A stretch of DNA of 64,000 nt, taken from positions 355,577-419,576 of the forward strand of contig CBDCSV010000005.1 of the NCBI GenBank assembly GCA_965221855.1, written 5' to 3'. Positions 38,324 through 49,320 of this stretch are shown piece after piece. Within the stretch, counting starts at the first letter, position 1. Each line of letters starts with the position of its first letter. The translations under genes and the position numbers were made by a program. The notes beneath the pieces are model-generated. The model was given only the letters and a program-made list of their open reading frames with translations. It made no database searches and was not told the DNA's origin. Source of the DNA: Rhodospirillales bacterium (GTDB lineage: Bacteria > Pseudomonadota > Alphaproteobacteria > Rhodospirillales > UBA2165).

Positions 38324-39832
38324 TCAGTTGAAATCGGCCGGATCGGGCAGATAGAAGACGGTTCCGCCGACGGTCTGGCGCTCGATCAAACTCCGGTGGG
38401 GCCGGAGCGGCCGGAATTTCAGGAACGGCAGGACGTGTTCGTCCATCATCCCTTCGACCACGTCCGCATGCTTCGGATCGTCCACGAGGTTGTCGTCTTC
38501 GAGGGGATCGGTCTCGCTATCGAACAACTGTGCCGGCGTGCGTTCGTCTTCGTAGACGACGAGCTTGTACCGCTCCGTCTTGAACATCCCCATACCGTAG
38601 GATTCGCTGATCACCACCTTGTGGTCGGGGGCCGCGCCTTCGCCGGTAACGGCGGGCAGCAGTGATTTGGCCTGCGACGTGGGCAATTCCGCACCGGCGA
38701 TGTCCCGGACGGTCGCCGAGATATCCATGTGCTGAATCAGTTCGTCGACCTGGCCGGGCTTCGTGCCCGCCGGCGGACGAATAATGAGCGGGACCTTCAC
38801 CGCCTGATCGAAGAACACCATCTTCTTGATCATCCGGTGCTCGCCCATCATCTCCCCGTGATCCGAGGTATAGATCACCCAGGTGTTTTCCAGCCTCCCC
38901 GTCCGTTCGAGAGCGTCTACGATCTTTCCGATGGACCGGTCGATGATGCTGATATTCGCGTAGTAGGCGCGGCGCAGCTTGACGATCGCCTCGTCGGTCA
39001 TGGTCTCGGAGTCGCAGTATTTCAAGAACGCCCCGAGGAAAATGGAGAGTGGGCCCGCTTCCGGAACCTCGGGCCGCTTGAGGGACCCCGGCATCGGAAT
39101 GTCGGCGCCGTCGTACCAATCCACCGCCTCCTGGGGCGCGTCCCAGGGATCATGGGGTCCCGGAAATCCGATCTGAACGAAGAACGGCTCGTCCCTGTCG
39201 TAGTTCTCCAGCCACTCGGCCGTGAAGTCGCCGAGCCAGGCGTCCTGATAAGCGTCCAGCGGCAGCGGGATGGGATCGGCCTGCCAGGCCCGGTAGGGCG
39301 GCGCATCGGGGGCGGCCTTGCGCTTGTGTTTCTGCCTGGAGCCCAGGTAGTCGCGGTAGGTGTCCAGCAGATCCCGGCTTTCGAGGAAATCCGTGTACTT
39401 GGTGTTCAGGAAGTAGGTCGCTTCCTTGCCGACCGTCTCCAGCACCTCGGCAAAGCCGTAGCCGTTGAGCTGGCCAATTCGCTCATCGGCGTGCTTCACC
39501 CGCGGCGGTATATGGCGCCAGAAATGGGTCTTTCCGATCACCGCCGTATGGTATCCGGCGTGCTGCAATGCCTGCGCGTAGGTGGGCACGGCATCGTGGA
39601 CCTCGGACATGTTCTCGAAGACGCCGTGATCCCGCACGTAGCGCTCGGTGAGAAGGGATGCCCGCGCCGGCATGCACAGCGGCCCCTGGACGTAGACATT
39701 GCCGAATTGGACGCCCTCACTTGCCAGCCGGTCGGTGCTCGGCGTTTTGGCTATGGGATCGCCCGAGGAGCCGAGCATGTCCGCCCGCTGCTGGTCGGGC
39801 ATGAGGAGAACGATACTCGGTTTGTCAGGCAC
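38324..39832 (-). CDS. Formylglycine-type sulfatase
   Basis: GTG start; PDQQRAD, LCMPARASLLT (CxPxR), GKTH, SDHGEM.GEH; no signal peptide. Confidence 0.92.
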   Translation of the reverse strand: MPDKPSIVLLMPDQQRADMLGSSGDPIAKTPSTDRLASEGVQFGNVYVQGPLCMPARASLLTERYVRDHGVFENMSEVHDAVPTYAQALQHAGYHTAVIGKTHFWRHIPPRVKHADERIGQLNGYGFAEVLETVGKEATYFLNTKYTDFLESRDLLDTYRDYLGSRQKHKRKAAPDAPPYRAWQADPIPLPLDAYQDAWLGDFTAEWLENYDRDEPFFVQIGFPGPHDPWDAPQEAVDWYDGADIPMPGSLKRPEVPEAGPLSIFLGAFLKYCDSETMTDEAIVKLRRAYYANISIIDRSIGKIVDALERTGRLENTWVIYTSDHGEMMGEHRMIKKMVFFDQAVKVPLIIRPPAGTKPGQVDELIQHMDISATVRDIAGAELPTSQAKSLLPAVTGEGAAPDHKVVISESYGMGMFKTERYKLVVYEDERTPAQLFDSETDPLEDDNLVDDPKHADVVEGMMDEHVLPFLKFRPLRPHRSLIERQTVGGTVFYLPDPADFN

Positions 39833-39993
39833 TTCGGCGGCTCCCCCTCGGATTGACGCTACCCGCTTGGTCCGGGTATTCCGGGATAGTGGGGGCGCCC
39901 GCACGAAAAGAATGTAATCGATCCGACAAACTGGTCCGCCCATCGCCGCCATGATATTGGAATTGAAGCCTAAACCGCCTGAGAGATACGGAA

Positions 39994-42327
39994 ATGAGTG
40001 AACAGCCCCTCGGCAGTCCGGACGATGCGTCCGCCGCGCCGTCGGCGGGATTTGCGTCGACGGTCATCCGGAATCCCATCGATCCCCGGCATTTGGGTTC
40101 CGCCGCCCTGTCGCCGGCGGGAGAGTTTGCCGCCGGGTCCTACCAGAGCTTCACGCTGGTCTACACGGCGGGAAAATACGGCATCGACGACTCGGGCTCG
40201 CTCCGCATCTGCTTCCGGTTTGCGTCCGATCAGACGCGGCCCCAGTTCGAAAACCCCGAGGGACCCAACTACACGGTCATCGAGGCATCGAACAACGCGG
40301 TGCTGGAGTGTCGCTATGACCCCAAGGGCAATGTCCGGCCGTGGGACCGAACGCTCTACATTAAGGTCGTGCACGGGTTCCTGAGGGAAGGGGATACGAT
40401 CTCCGTACGGTTCGGGGTGACCGATCACGGCTCTCCCGGCATGCGTCTTCAGACGTTCTGCGAGGACTCGTTCGAGTTCCACGTTCTCGTCGATCCCATT
40501 GCCACCTTCACCTACCAGCCGCTCATCGAGCAGCCGAAGATCAAGATCGTTCCCGGTGAACGGGAGCGGTTCCTGGCCGTGATCCCGACGCTCCGGAGAG
40601 TCGGGGAGACATTCGCGCTGAAGTTCAAGGGCGAGGACCGGTGGGGCAATCCGTCGGACAAGGGCGGCGGCGCGTTCACCCTGCGCGCCAATGTTCCGGT
40701 TTCGGGATTGCCGGAAACGACCGGCCTTCCCGACGGCGCGTTCAGCGCCGAAATCCCGGGCCTGTCCGTGGCGGAAGCCGGAGACCTCGTGATCGAGCTG
40801 CTGGACGAGGCCGGAAACCCGGTCACCGGGACCAACCCCCTTCGGATCGTCGAAGAGGCCGATAAGGTCCACTACTGGGCCGACCTCCACGGCCAGTCGG
40901 AGGAGACCATCGGCACCGGCGATGCCGGCGACTATTTCGCCTTTGCCCGGGATCGGGCCTTTGTCGACGCGACGGGGCACCAGGGCAACGATTTCCAGAT
41001 CACCAACCGGTTTTGGCGGCGGTTGGACGAACTCTCGGCCCGGTTCGAGGAAGACGGCAGGTTCGTCGTCCTTCCGGGCTACGAGTGGTCGGGCAACACA
41101 GGTCTCGGCGGGGACCGCAACGTCTACTTCTCCGAAGAGGGACGCCAGATCAGGCGGTCGTCCCACGCGCTGGTCGAGGACCGCTCCGACATCGCGACGG
41201 ACTGCGCCACCGCCGCGGAGCTGTTCGAGACCCTGGCCGCCAACCGGGAATGGGACGTGGTGGTCTTCGCCCACTGCGGCGGCCGCTACGCCGATGTGAA
41301 GATGGCCCATGACGGCCGCTTCGAAAAATCCATGGAGGTCCACTCCTCGTGGGGCACCTTCGAGTGGCTTCTCCAGGACGCGCTGGAGATGGGCTACCGG
41401 AGCGGGATCGTCGCCAACTCGGACGGCCACAAGGGCCGCCCCGGGGCCAGCTACCCCGGCGCCTCGCTCTTCGGCGCGATCGGCGGGCTGACCTGCCTTG
41501 TCACCGATGAACTGAGCCGGTCGTCGGTTCTCGATTGCCTGCGCAAACGTCACCACTACGCAACGACCGGCGGGCCCAACGGGCGGATGTATATGGACGT
41601 CGCGACGGCGTTCAGCCGGGACGCGACGATCTATCACGACGATCCGGCGATCGGTCCCGCCGAGGGCCGGCCGGCGCGGTCCGCGATCATGGGCGACATC
41701 GTGCACCTGCCCGAAGGCAGCGCCGAGATCAGCGTCGATATTCACGCCGCCTGCCCCATCGAGCGGGTCGACATCTTCAACGGGCTGGACCATGTGGAGA
41801 CCGTCCGGCCCTACGGTCCGGACGAGCTCGGCAATCGCGTACGCGTTCTATGGGAGGGCGCGGAATATCGCGGCCGGTTCCGTCAGGTGATCTGGGACGG
41901 CAGCGCCGTGCTCTCGGACAATCGCATCGAAGACGCCGCTCCCATCAATTTCTTCAATCCGGACAAGACCCTGGATCGTCTCGGCGACAACGGCCTCGAA
42001 TGGAGGGCCCTGACCACCGGGAACATCGGCGGATTCGACGTCTGGCTGGCCGATCCCTACGGCGGCACCCTCAAACTGGAAACCCCGCTCGTGCAGTGCG
42101 GCATTCCCGTCGAGGAAATCGGATACGAGGACGAGATATTCGACCGGAGCGGCGTGCTGCCCCGCTATTTGAAGGTATACCGCCTGCCGGCCCGGAACCC
42201 GCACCGCCGGATGACCTTCAAACGGACCATCGGCCTCAAGGACGACGGGGACAATCCGGTCTACATCAGGCTGACCCAGGAAGACGGAACGCTGGCCTGG
42301 ACGAGCCCGATTTACATCTATCGCTAG
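39994..42327 (+). CDS. DUF3604 domain protein (PHP-like metallohydrolase)
   Basis: YWADLHGQSEET, HQGND, GYEWSG, AHCGGR, EVHSSWG, NSDGHKGRPG, R.HYATTG, AWTSPIY. Confidence 0.85.
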   Translation: MSEQPLGSPDDASAAPSAGFASTVIRNPIDPRHLGSAALSPAGEFAAGSYQSFTLVYTAGKYGIDDSGSLRICFRFASDQTRPQFENPEGPNYTVIEASNNAVLECRYDPKGNVRPWDRTLYIKVVHGFLREGDTISVRFGVTDHGSPGMRLQTFCEDSFEFHVLVDPIATFTYQPLIEQPKIKIVPGERERFLAVIPTLRRVGETFALKFKGEDRWGNPSDKGGGAFTLRANVPVSGLPETTGLPDGAFSAEIPGLSVAEAGDLVIELLDEAGNPVTGTNPLRIVEEADKVHYWADLHGQSEETIGTGDAGDYFAFARDRAFVDATGHQGNDFQITNRFWRRLDELSARFEEDGRFVVLPGYEWSGNTGLGGDRNVYFSEEGRQIRRSSHALVEDRSDIATDCATAAELFETLAANREWDVVVFAHCGGRYADVKMAHDGRFEKSMEVHSSWGTFEWLLQDALEMGYRSGIVANSDGHKGRPGASYPGASLFGAIGGLTCLVTDELSRSSVLDCLRKRHHYATTGGPNGRMYMDVATAFSRDATIYHDDPAIGPAEGRPARSAIMGDIVHLPEGSAEISVDIHAACPIERVDIFNGLDHVETVRPYGPDELGNRVRVLWEGAEYRGRFRQVIWDGSAVLSDNRIEDAAPINFFNPDKTLDRLGDNGLEWRALTTGNIGGFDVWLADPYGGTLKLETPLVQCGIPVEEIGYEDEIFDRSGVLPRYLKVYRLPARNPHRRMTFKRTIGLKDDGDNPVYIRLTQEDGTLAWTSPIYIYR

Positions 42328-42337
42328 GCCCGAATTC

Positions 42338-43489
42338 ATGAGTATCACCCTTGAGGAACGCCCGATCTTTGTCCTGGGCTGCCACCGTTCCGGCACCACC
42401 ATGCTCATGCTGATGATCGGCGCGCATCCACGGATATCCGTGCCGGAAGTCGCCTGGTATTACCAGCGGTTCCGCCCCTACCTCTACAGCTATGGGAATC
42501 TGAACGACGAGGCGAACTTCAGAACCCTCACCGACGAGATGGTCAACGGCCTCATCCCGCCCTACTTCGGCATGGACGTAAATCCGGCGACAATCGTCGA
42601 CGAGATCATGGCCGATGCGAAGGAGAGGAGTTTCGCCGGCATCTTCGATGCCGTTCTCGAGCGGCACGCCCGGGAGGACGGAAACAAACCGCGTTGGGCC
42701 GAGAAGTCCCCCAACAACAGTTTCTTCGTCAAAGAGATATTGGAGGACTTCCCGAACGCCCAATTCGTCTACATCACCCGGGATGGGCGGGACAATTGCG
42801 CCGAGACCCTGCATTCCCGGCACGGTTTGTACAACATGGTGGTCACCGCCGAACGCTGGAAGCTGTTTCTGGAAGCCGTGAAACCCTGGCGTGAGAAGCT
42901 GACCGCCGATCAATGGCTGGATATCAAGTATGAAGATTTGGCCCGCCGGCCGGAGGCCATATTGGGCCAGGTCTGCGACTTTATCGGTGAGGATTATTCG
43001 CCATCCATGCTCGACTTCCATCAATCCGAGGTCGCCCAGACCAGGGCCCGGGTGGTGAAGAACCCGGGGGGCGTCTCGCCGGCGCCGCTGGCCGAACCGG
43101 TGAGCGACCGCTTCATCGGCGTCTACAAGGAGCTTCTCAGCGTCAAGGATCAGCGGATATTCGCCGCCATCGCCGGGGATATTCAGACGGAAAACGGCTA
43201 CGAACTTGAATACGAGCCGGAGGAGATGTCCGAGGAGGCTCTCGAAAACTTCCGTGAGCAGAACAGCAGAATGCGGGCGGCCCTGCTGCATGCCCGCGGC
43301 CATATGCGGGACAGCTACATCGAGTGGCTGGTGGATCAGCGGGAAGCGCGGAAGCGCCAGGGCATCTGGACCGATGCGGATGTCCCCAACGAGTTCCCGA
43401 TCGGCCATCCCGATGAGGACACCATCATGGGGCGGGGAGCGCCGAGGAAGTGGAAGACCGAGTTTGGAATTCCGAGGCGGTACTATTAG
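42338..43489 (+). CDS. Sulfotransferase family protein 1
   Basis: PAPS 5'-PSB motif GCHRSGTTML, WAEKSP, 3'-PB motif ITRDGRD, KYEDL. Confidence 0.9.
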   Translation: MSITLEERPIFVLGCHRSGTTMLMLMIGAHPRISVPEVAWYYQRFRPYLYSYGNLNDEANFRTLTDEMVNGLIPPYFGMDVNPATIVDEIMADAKERSFAGIFDAVLERHAREDGNKPRWAEKSPNNSFFVKEILEDFPNAQFVYITRDGRDNCAETLHSRHGLYNMVVTAERWKLFLEAVKPWREKLTADQWLDIKYEDLARRPEAILGQVCDFIGEDYSPSMLDFHQSEVAQTRARVVKNPGGVSPAPLAEPVSDRFIGVYKELLSVKDQRIFAAIAGDIQTENGYELEYEPEEMSEEALENFREQNSRMRAALLHARGHMRDSYIEWLVDQREARKRQGIWTDADVPNEFPIGHPDEDTIMGRGAPRKWKTEFGIPRRYY

Positions 43490-43561
43490 CGGGCCGTCCG
43501 CCGGCGGAACCGCCGAATTTCGGTTCGCGCTCGCCGGGCGGACGGGAGAGAGGAGCGGGGA

Positions 43562-44689
43562 GTGGCGATAACCCTGGACGAAGCGCCGATCTTTATCGGC
43601 GGATATGAACGCTCCGGCACCACCATGCTGATGCTGATGATCGGGTCCCACCCGCGCATCGCGGTTCCCGAGGTCACCTGGTACTACCCGCGGTTCAGGG
43701 CCTATCTGCACACCTATGGAGACATTTCGAAGGAGGAGAACTTCCGCGTCCTTCTTAGTGAAATGATGTTCGGCCTTCTGGTTCCCTTCTTCGGGATCGA
43801 GGTGGACGAAGACACCATACTGGACGAAATCCTGACCCATGTGCCGGAAAGGACGTTTCCGGGCGCCTTCGCCGGCGTGATGAACTGGTTTGTGTCAAAG
43901 AAAGGCAAGCCGAGATGGGTGGAAAAGTGCCCGCAGAACATCTTCCATGTCGCGTCGATCCTGGAGGATTTCCCCAACGCCCAGATCGTCTTCATCACCC
44001 GCGACGGCCGCGACAGCGGGGCGACCTACATGCAGTCCAGGTTCGGGCCGACCAACGTGTACGCGGCGGCGGAATTGTGGAAGAAGTTTCAGGTCGCGGC
44101 GCGTCACTGGCGCGCCCGGCTGGACGGCTCCCAATGGCTCGATGTCCGCTACGAGGATCTGGTCCGCGAGCCCGAGAATACGCTCGAACGGATATGCGGT
44201 TTTCTCGGCGAGGACTACAGCCCGGACATGCTTGGGTTTCATGAAACCGCCTATGCCCGGAACCGGGGCAGGAATCCCGACCATGCCCCCATCGCCAGGC
44301 CGGTGACCGACGAACTGATCGGCGAATACAAGCAGTACCTGAGTATTCGGGAGCAGCGAATCTTCGCCGGTGTCGCGGGTGAGGAACTGGCGGAGAACGG
44401 CTACGAAATAGATGTCGATCCCATCGAGACCAGCACCGGGGACGCGGCATTGTTGCTGGAAATGGACATGCGCACCCGTGCGGCGAATTTCGATTTGATG
44501 GGGCATCAGTACGCGTTCAGCCGGTTCAACGAGCGGCTCGTCGAACGCTGGGAGGAGCGCCGGCGGGAGGGGATCTGGAACGAGTCCGACCGGCCCCGGG
44601 ACCAGGATCCCAATGCCCGTCTTTGGATGGAAACCATTGCCGAGCAGGCCCGGTTGAAGACCAGGTTCGGCACCCATCCCAAGGAGTGA
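43562..44689 (+). CDS. Sulfotransferase family protein 2 (paralog of protein 1)
   Basis: GTG start; GYERSGTTML, WVEKCP, ITRDGRD, RYEDL. Confidence 0.9.
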   Translation: MAITLDEAPIFIGGYERSGTTMLMLMIGSHPRIAVPEVTWYYPRFRAYLHTYGDISKEENFRVLLSEMMFGLLVPFFGIEVDEDTILDEILTHVPERTFPGAFAGVMNWFVSKKGKPRWVEKCPQNIFHVASILEDFPNAQIVFITRDGRDSGATYMQSRFGPTNVYAAAELWKKFQVAARHWRARLDGSQWLDVRYEDLVREPENTLERICGFLGEDYSPDMLGFHETAYARNRGRNPDHAPIARPVTDELIGEYKQYLSIREQRIFAGVAGEELAENGYEIDVDPIETSTGDAALLLEMDMRTRAANFDLMGHQYAFSRFNERLVERWEERRREGIWNESDRPRDQDPNARLWMETIAEQARLKTRFGTHPKE

Positions 44690-44711
44690 ATACGGCGCGG
44701 TTGGAGGACCG

Positions 44712-45899
44712 ATGGACATGGAGATCGACCCCGCGACCCTTCGCGGCGATTGGAGATATCCGACAAATGTGCGGTTTGGACCCGGCCGCATAGACGAGCT
44801 GCCCGGCGCCTGCCGGTCGCTGGGCATGACCCGCCCGCTGCTGGTCACCGACCCCGGCCTGCTCGGACTGCCGATGACGGGGGAAGCGCTCGGGGCAATC
44901 CAATCGGCGGGGATCGCCGCCACCGTCTATTCGGACGTCAAGGGAAACCCGGTCGCCCGCAACGTCGTCGACGGGGTCGCCGTCTATCGCGAGAACGGCT
45001 GCAACGGCGTGATCGCATTCGGCGGCGGCAGCAGTATCGATGCCGCGAAGGCGATTGCGAATTTGGCCGATCAAACCCGGCCGATCTGGGATTTCACCAT
45101 CGTCGGCGAAGACGTCGACGTCGACGATATCGCGCCCCCGGCCCCGCTGATCGCCGTTCCCACGACCGCCGGAACCGGGTCCGAGGTCAGCCGGGGCGCG
45201 ATCATTATCGACGAGGAGGCCCAGACGAAGCGGAACGTCTCCCACCCGGACGCGATGCCCAATCTCGCCATCGTCGATCCCGAGCTGACCCTGGACTTGC
45301 CGGCCGACATCACCGCGGCGACCGGCATGGATGCGCTCTCGCACAATCTCGAGGCCTATTGCACCAGGCAGTTTCATCCGTTTTCCGAGAGCGTCGCCTT
45401 GGGGGGCATGCGGCTCATCAAGGAATGGCTTCCGGTTGCCGTGCGCGACGGCGGCAACCTCGCGGCGCGCACCTACATGATGGCGGCATCGAGTATGGGG
45501 GCGGTCGCGTTCCAGAAGGGGCTGGGCGGGATGCACGCCATGAGCCACCCGATCGGCGCCGCGCACGACCTTCACCACGGTCTCACCAACGGCGTGGTCA
45601 TGCCATATGTGCTCGCCTTCAATCGGCCGGCCATCGAGGAGCGGATGACAACGCTCGCTCGCCACCTCGGCCTGCCTGACCCGTCGTTCGACGCGGTGTT
45701 GGATTGGGTGGTGGCGTTGCGCCGGGACATCGGCATTCCGCATACTCTTTCGGAGGTCGGTATTCTGGATGAACATGCCGATCGGCTCGCGGCGATGACC
45801 GCCCGGGAACGGCCGGGCCGCAACAATCCGGTCCCTCTCGGCGAGAAGGAGTCCCGGCGGCTGTACGCCATGGCGATCAACGGGGAGCTCGAGGCCTGA
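44712..45899 (+). CDS. Iron-containing alcohol dehydrogenase
   Basis: GGGSSID, PTTAGTGSE, GMDALSH, HAMSH, HHG iron ligands. Confidence 0.93.
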   Translation: MDMEIDPATLRGDWRYPTNVRFGPGRIDELPGACRSLGMTRPLLVTDPGLLGLPMTGEALGAIQSAGIAATVYSDVKGNPVARNVVDGVAVYRENGCNGVIAFGGGSSIDAAKAIANLADQTRPIWDFTIVGEDVDVDDIAPPAPLIAVPTTAGTGSEVSRGAIIIDEEAQTKRNVSHPDAMPNLAIVDPELTLDLPADITAATGMDALSHNLEAYCTRQFHPFSESVALGGMRLIKEWLPVAVRDGGNLAARTYMMAASSMGAVAFQKGLGGMHAMSHPIGAAHDLHHGLTNGVVMPYVLAFNRPAIEERMTTLARHLGLPDPSFDAVLDWVVALRRDIGIPHTLSEVGILDEHADRLAAMTARERPGRNNPVPLGEKESRRLYAMAINGELEA

Positions 45900-45938
45900 A
45901 CGGCACGGGCTCTTGGAATTCGAAAGTGGGGAAAATCG

Positions 45939-47516
45939 ATGAACACGACCAATGAAAACCCGGGCGCTTCACGCCCAAATATCCTCTTCATTCAGGTGGA
46001 TCAGTTGGTGCCGGCCGCCTTGTCCGTCCATGGGCATCCGCTGGTCAAGACACCGCACCTGGACGAACTGGCCGCCAAAAGCGTCGTTTTCGAGAACGCT
46101 TACAGCAATTTCCCCCTGTGCTCGCCCTCGAGAGCATCCATGCTCGCCGGCCGGCTGCCGTTCAATATTGCTCAATGGGACAACGGGGCGGAATTTTTCG
46201 CCGAGATTCCGACGCTTGCCCATTATCTGAAGGCGCTCGGCTATTCGACGACGCTCTGCGGCAAGATGCATTTCATCGGCCCGGACCAATACCATGGGTA
46301 CGAGGAACGGCTGACGACGGACATTTATCCGTCCGATTTCTCTTGGACGCCCAATTGGGACCAGACCTTCAGGAAGGGCGGCGGCATACGCGTGCGGAAC
46401 GTTATCGAGTCCGGGCGCTGCGTCCGGGCCCTGCAGATGGATTTCGACGACGAGGTCGAATATCACGCTGTTCAGAAAATCTATGACTTGGTGCGGCACA
46501 CCGACGACCGGCCGTTCTTCTTCACCGTTTCCCTGTCGCACCCGCACCCGCCCTACGTGATTTCGGACAAGTACTGGGACCTCTACCGGGACGAGGACAT
46601 CGACCTGCCGCGGGTCCCGGAGATTCCGTTCGAGGAATTGGACCCGTTCAGTCAGACGCGGGCCATTGCGATGGGGCACCAGTATTACGACATCACCGAC
46701 AATCACATCCGGACGGCGCGGCATGCCTATTACGGCATGATCTCGTACGTGGACGAGAAAATCGGGTCGGTTCTGGCGGCGCTGAAGGAAACCGGGCTCG
46801 ACGAGAACACGATCATCATCTTCACCGCCGATCACGGCGAAATGCTCGGCGAGCGCGGCATGTGGCTGAAGGACACCTTCTATGAGTGGTCGGTGAGGGT
46901 GCCCATGTTCATTCATGCCGAAGGTATCGCACCTAGGCGGGTGACCGGGAATGTTTCCCTGGTCGATCTGGTTCCGACCTGCCTCGAACTCGCGGGCAAG
47001 GAGGATGAGCCGGTCACCGAACTCGACGGTGACAGCCTGGTCGGCCTGATGCACGGCTCGTCCGACGGCTGGAAGGACGAGGTGATCTCCGAATGGTCGG
47101 CGACGGGTCACCCGGCGCCGTCCCGGATGGTGCGGCGCGGCAGCTACAAATACTGGGTGAGCGAGGGGCTGCCGCCGCTTCTGTTCGATCTGGAGAACGA
47201 CCCGGACGAACTGGAGAACCTCGCGGGCCGCGACGAAGTCAAGAAGGTCGAGCGGGGCTTGCATGAGCGGCTGTATTCGGACTGGGATCCGGCCGCGCTG
47301 GGTGAACGCATTCGAACAAGCCAAAAGAGGAGGCTGTTGCTGCGCGACCTCACCGAAACCACCGAAAAATACTCCAACTGGGCGGTCCAGACGGTACGCG
47401 ACGATTCGGAGCGCTATGTGCGGGGCCGCGCCAGCAGCTTCTACGCCAAGGCGCTTCAGCGCTATCCGTTTGTCGAGCCGGTGGAGCCTGACCACGAGCC
47501 GCCTTCCGCCGACTGA
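45939..47516 (+). CDS. betC: Choline-sulfatase-like sulfatase
   Basis: PNILFIQVDQL, PLCSPSRAS, GKMHFIGPDQ.HGYEERLTTDIYP.DF.WTP, DHGEMLGERGMW. Confidence 0.8.
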   Translation: MNTTNENPGASRPNILFIQVDQLVPAALSVHGHPLVKTPHLDELAAKSVVFENAYSNFPLCSPSRASMLAGRLPFNIAQWDNGAEFFAEIPTLAHYLKALGYSTTLCGKMHFIGPDQYHGYEERLTTDIYPSDFSWTPNWDQTFRKGGGIRVRNVIESGRCVRALQMDFDDEVEYHAVQKIYDLVRHTDDRPFFFTVSLSHPHPPYVISDKYWDLYRDEDIDLPRVPEIPFEELDPFSQTRAIAMGHQYYDITDNHIRTARHAYYGMISYVDEKIGSVLAALKETGLDENTIIIFTADHGEMLGERGMWLKDTFYEWSVRVPMFIHAEGIAPRRVTGNVSLVDLVPTCLELAGKEDEPVTELDGDSLVGLMHGSSDGWKDEVISEWSATGHPAPSRMVRRGSYKYWVSEGLPPLLFDLENDPDELENLAGRDEVKKVERGLHERLYSDWDPAALGERIRTSQKRRLLLRDLTETTEKYSNWAVQTVRDDSERYVRGRASSFYAKALQRYPFVEPVEPDHEPPSAD

Positions 47517-47707
47517 CCCTTTCGCCTCGAAGCGGGAAATCTCACGAATGTCGCCTTCAATACAATTTCGTTTCCGGGCAAGGGCTAGAGTTTCATTCGT
47601 AGGCTGGTCCGCACAAAGACCCTCGATCGGAAAGAGTGCCGGGGGCCGGCCGACGGGGGCGCTGAAAGGCTAGGCGCCAGACAACAAACATTCGTGGGAG
47701 ACTTATC

Positions 47708-49309
47708 ATGTCGAAACGCTCCTTGGTTTTCTCCATGGCCCTCGCAATGGGCTTCTCGGTGCTGGTTGCGTCCGGCAGTGCGTTGGCGCAGCGAATGCCG
47801 CCAAAGGACACGCTCAGGTTCGCGGGGTTCAGCGTGAAAGTTCTCGATCCCCACTTCGGCGGCGGCGGGAGTACGGAGTTCTTTCAGTACAAGGTCTATG
47901 ACAGCCTGTTCGCGTTCGATGAAAACATGGTGGTGCGGCCCCAAATGGCCGACACGTTCACCTGGAATGCGGACAAGACGAAGCTGACCGTCACCTTGCG
48001 GCCCGGCCTCAAGTTCCACGACGGCCAGCCGGTGCGCGCCGCCGACGTGGTTGCATCGCTCAAGCGCTGGAGCAACGGACGGCGCGGTACCGCGCGGATC
48101 TTCAAACAGTTCACCAAGTCCATCGACAGGGTGGATGACAAGACCATCACCTGGACCCTGAAAGAGCCGTTCGGGATGGCCATGGAGGTCTTTACTTCGG
48201 TCCGCTATCCTCCGGCGATCATTCCGGAGCGGTTGGCCAAAACGCCGCGAAACAAGCAGATCAAGGATTTCACGGGCTCGGGTCCCTATGTTTTCCTGCC
48301 GGACGAATATGTTCCGGGCAAGCAGCTCCACTTCAAGAAGTTCGAGGACTACGTGCCCCGTTCGGAACCGCCCAGCTTCACTGCCGGAGGCAAGAAGGTC
48401 TACGTCAAGAAGCTTGAGTGGAAAATCATGAAGGACGATGCCACGCGGGTCGCGGCATTGAGGACGGGTGAGATCGACCTGATCCAGGAAGTCCCTCATG
48501 CGCTCAGGAACGACCTGCTGAACGATCCCAACGTCGTCCTGAAGCCGCTACGGACCGGCCGCCAGGGCCTTATCTTCATCAATCACCTTGCGCCGCCGTT
48601 CGACAACAAGAAGGCGCGTCAGGCATTGCTCTGGCTGATCAGCCAGGAAGAAACCCTGACGGCGATCACCGGCGATCCGGCGCTCTACCAGACCTGTCCT
48701 TCGGTCTGGACCTGCGCCAGCCCGTACGCGACGGACGTGGCCTCGGAAGCGATCATGAAGCAGGACCTGGAAAAGGCTAAACAGCTCATGAAAGAAGGCG
48801 GCTATAACGGCCAGACGATCCAGGTTTTCCAGGCCGGCAGCACCGCGACCTTCTCCAATGCGACGGTTCTGGCCGCGAATCTCCGCAAAATCGGCGTCAA
48901 GGTGGAACACCAGGCCATGAACCGCGGCGCGGCCATCGCGCGGCGGAAGAGCACCGTCGATCCCAACAAGGATCCGAAGAAGGGATGGCATATCTACGTT
49001 CAGGCCACCCAGGAAGTGACGCCGTCCATTCCGGCGTTGATGGGTCTCCTTCAAGGTGACGGCTGCAACAGGAAGGGCTTCTACGGATGGACCTGCGATG
49101 AGCGGATCGGAAAGCTCAAAGTGGCCTTCGGCCAGGCCAAGTCCGAAGACGAGCGGAAGAAAATCGCCGCCGAGCTTCAGAAGGTGGTGTACGACACCGT
49201 GCCGTACATCCAGACCGGCCTGTACTCCAACGAAGCCGCATACCGCAGCAACGTCAAGGGCGCCGTCAGGGCGCCGTCCCCCATCTACTGGAACATCCGC
49301 AAGGAATAG
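47708..49309 (+). CDS. ABC transporter substrate-binding protein, family 5 (Opp/Dpp)
   Basis: Signal peptide; LRPGLKFHDG, GSGPY, ALRTGEIDL, PPFDN.KARQA. Confidence 0.93.
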   Translation: MSKRSLVFSMALAMGFSVLVASGSALAQRMPPKDTLRFAGFSVKVLDPHFGGGGSTEFFQYKVYDSLFAFDENMVVRPQMADTFTWNADKTKLTVTLRPGLKFHDGQPVRAADVVASLKRWSNGRRGTARIFKQFTKSIDRVDDKTITWTLKEPFGMAMEVFTSVRYPPAIIPERLAKTPRNKQIKDFTGSGPYVFLPDEYVPGKQLHFKKFEDYVPRSEPPSFTAGGKKVYVKKLEWKIMKDDATRVAALRTGEIDLIQEVPHALRNDLLNDPNVVLKPLRTGRQGLIFINHLAPPFDNKKARQALLWLISQEETLTAITGDPALYQTCPSVWTCASPYATDVASEAIMKQDLEKAKQLMKEGGYNGQTIQVFQAGSTATFSNATVLAANLRKIGVKVEHQAMNRGAAIARRKSTVDPNKDPKKGWHIYVQATQEVTPSIPALMGLLQGDGCNRKGFYGWTCDERIGKLKVAFGQAKSEDERKKIAAELQKVVYDTVPYIQTGLYSNEAAYRSNVKGAVRAPSPIYWNIRKE

Positions 49310-49320
49310 TTCCGGATAGG

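Noticed and set aside
47560-47700. Possible riboswitch upstream of the ABC SBP
   Set aside because: Only short GC hairpins; I could not match glycine, cobalamin, TPP, SAM or c-di-GMP consensus motifs. An Rfam scan would settle it.
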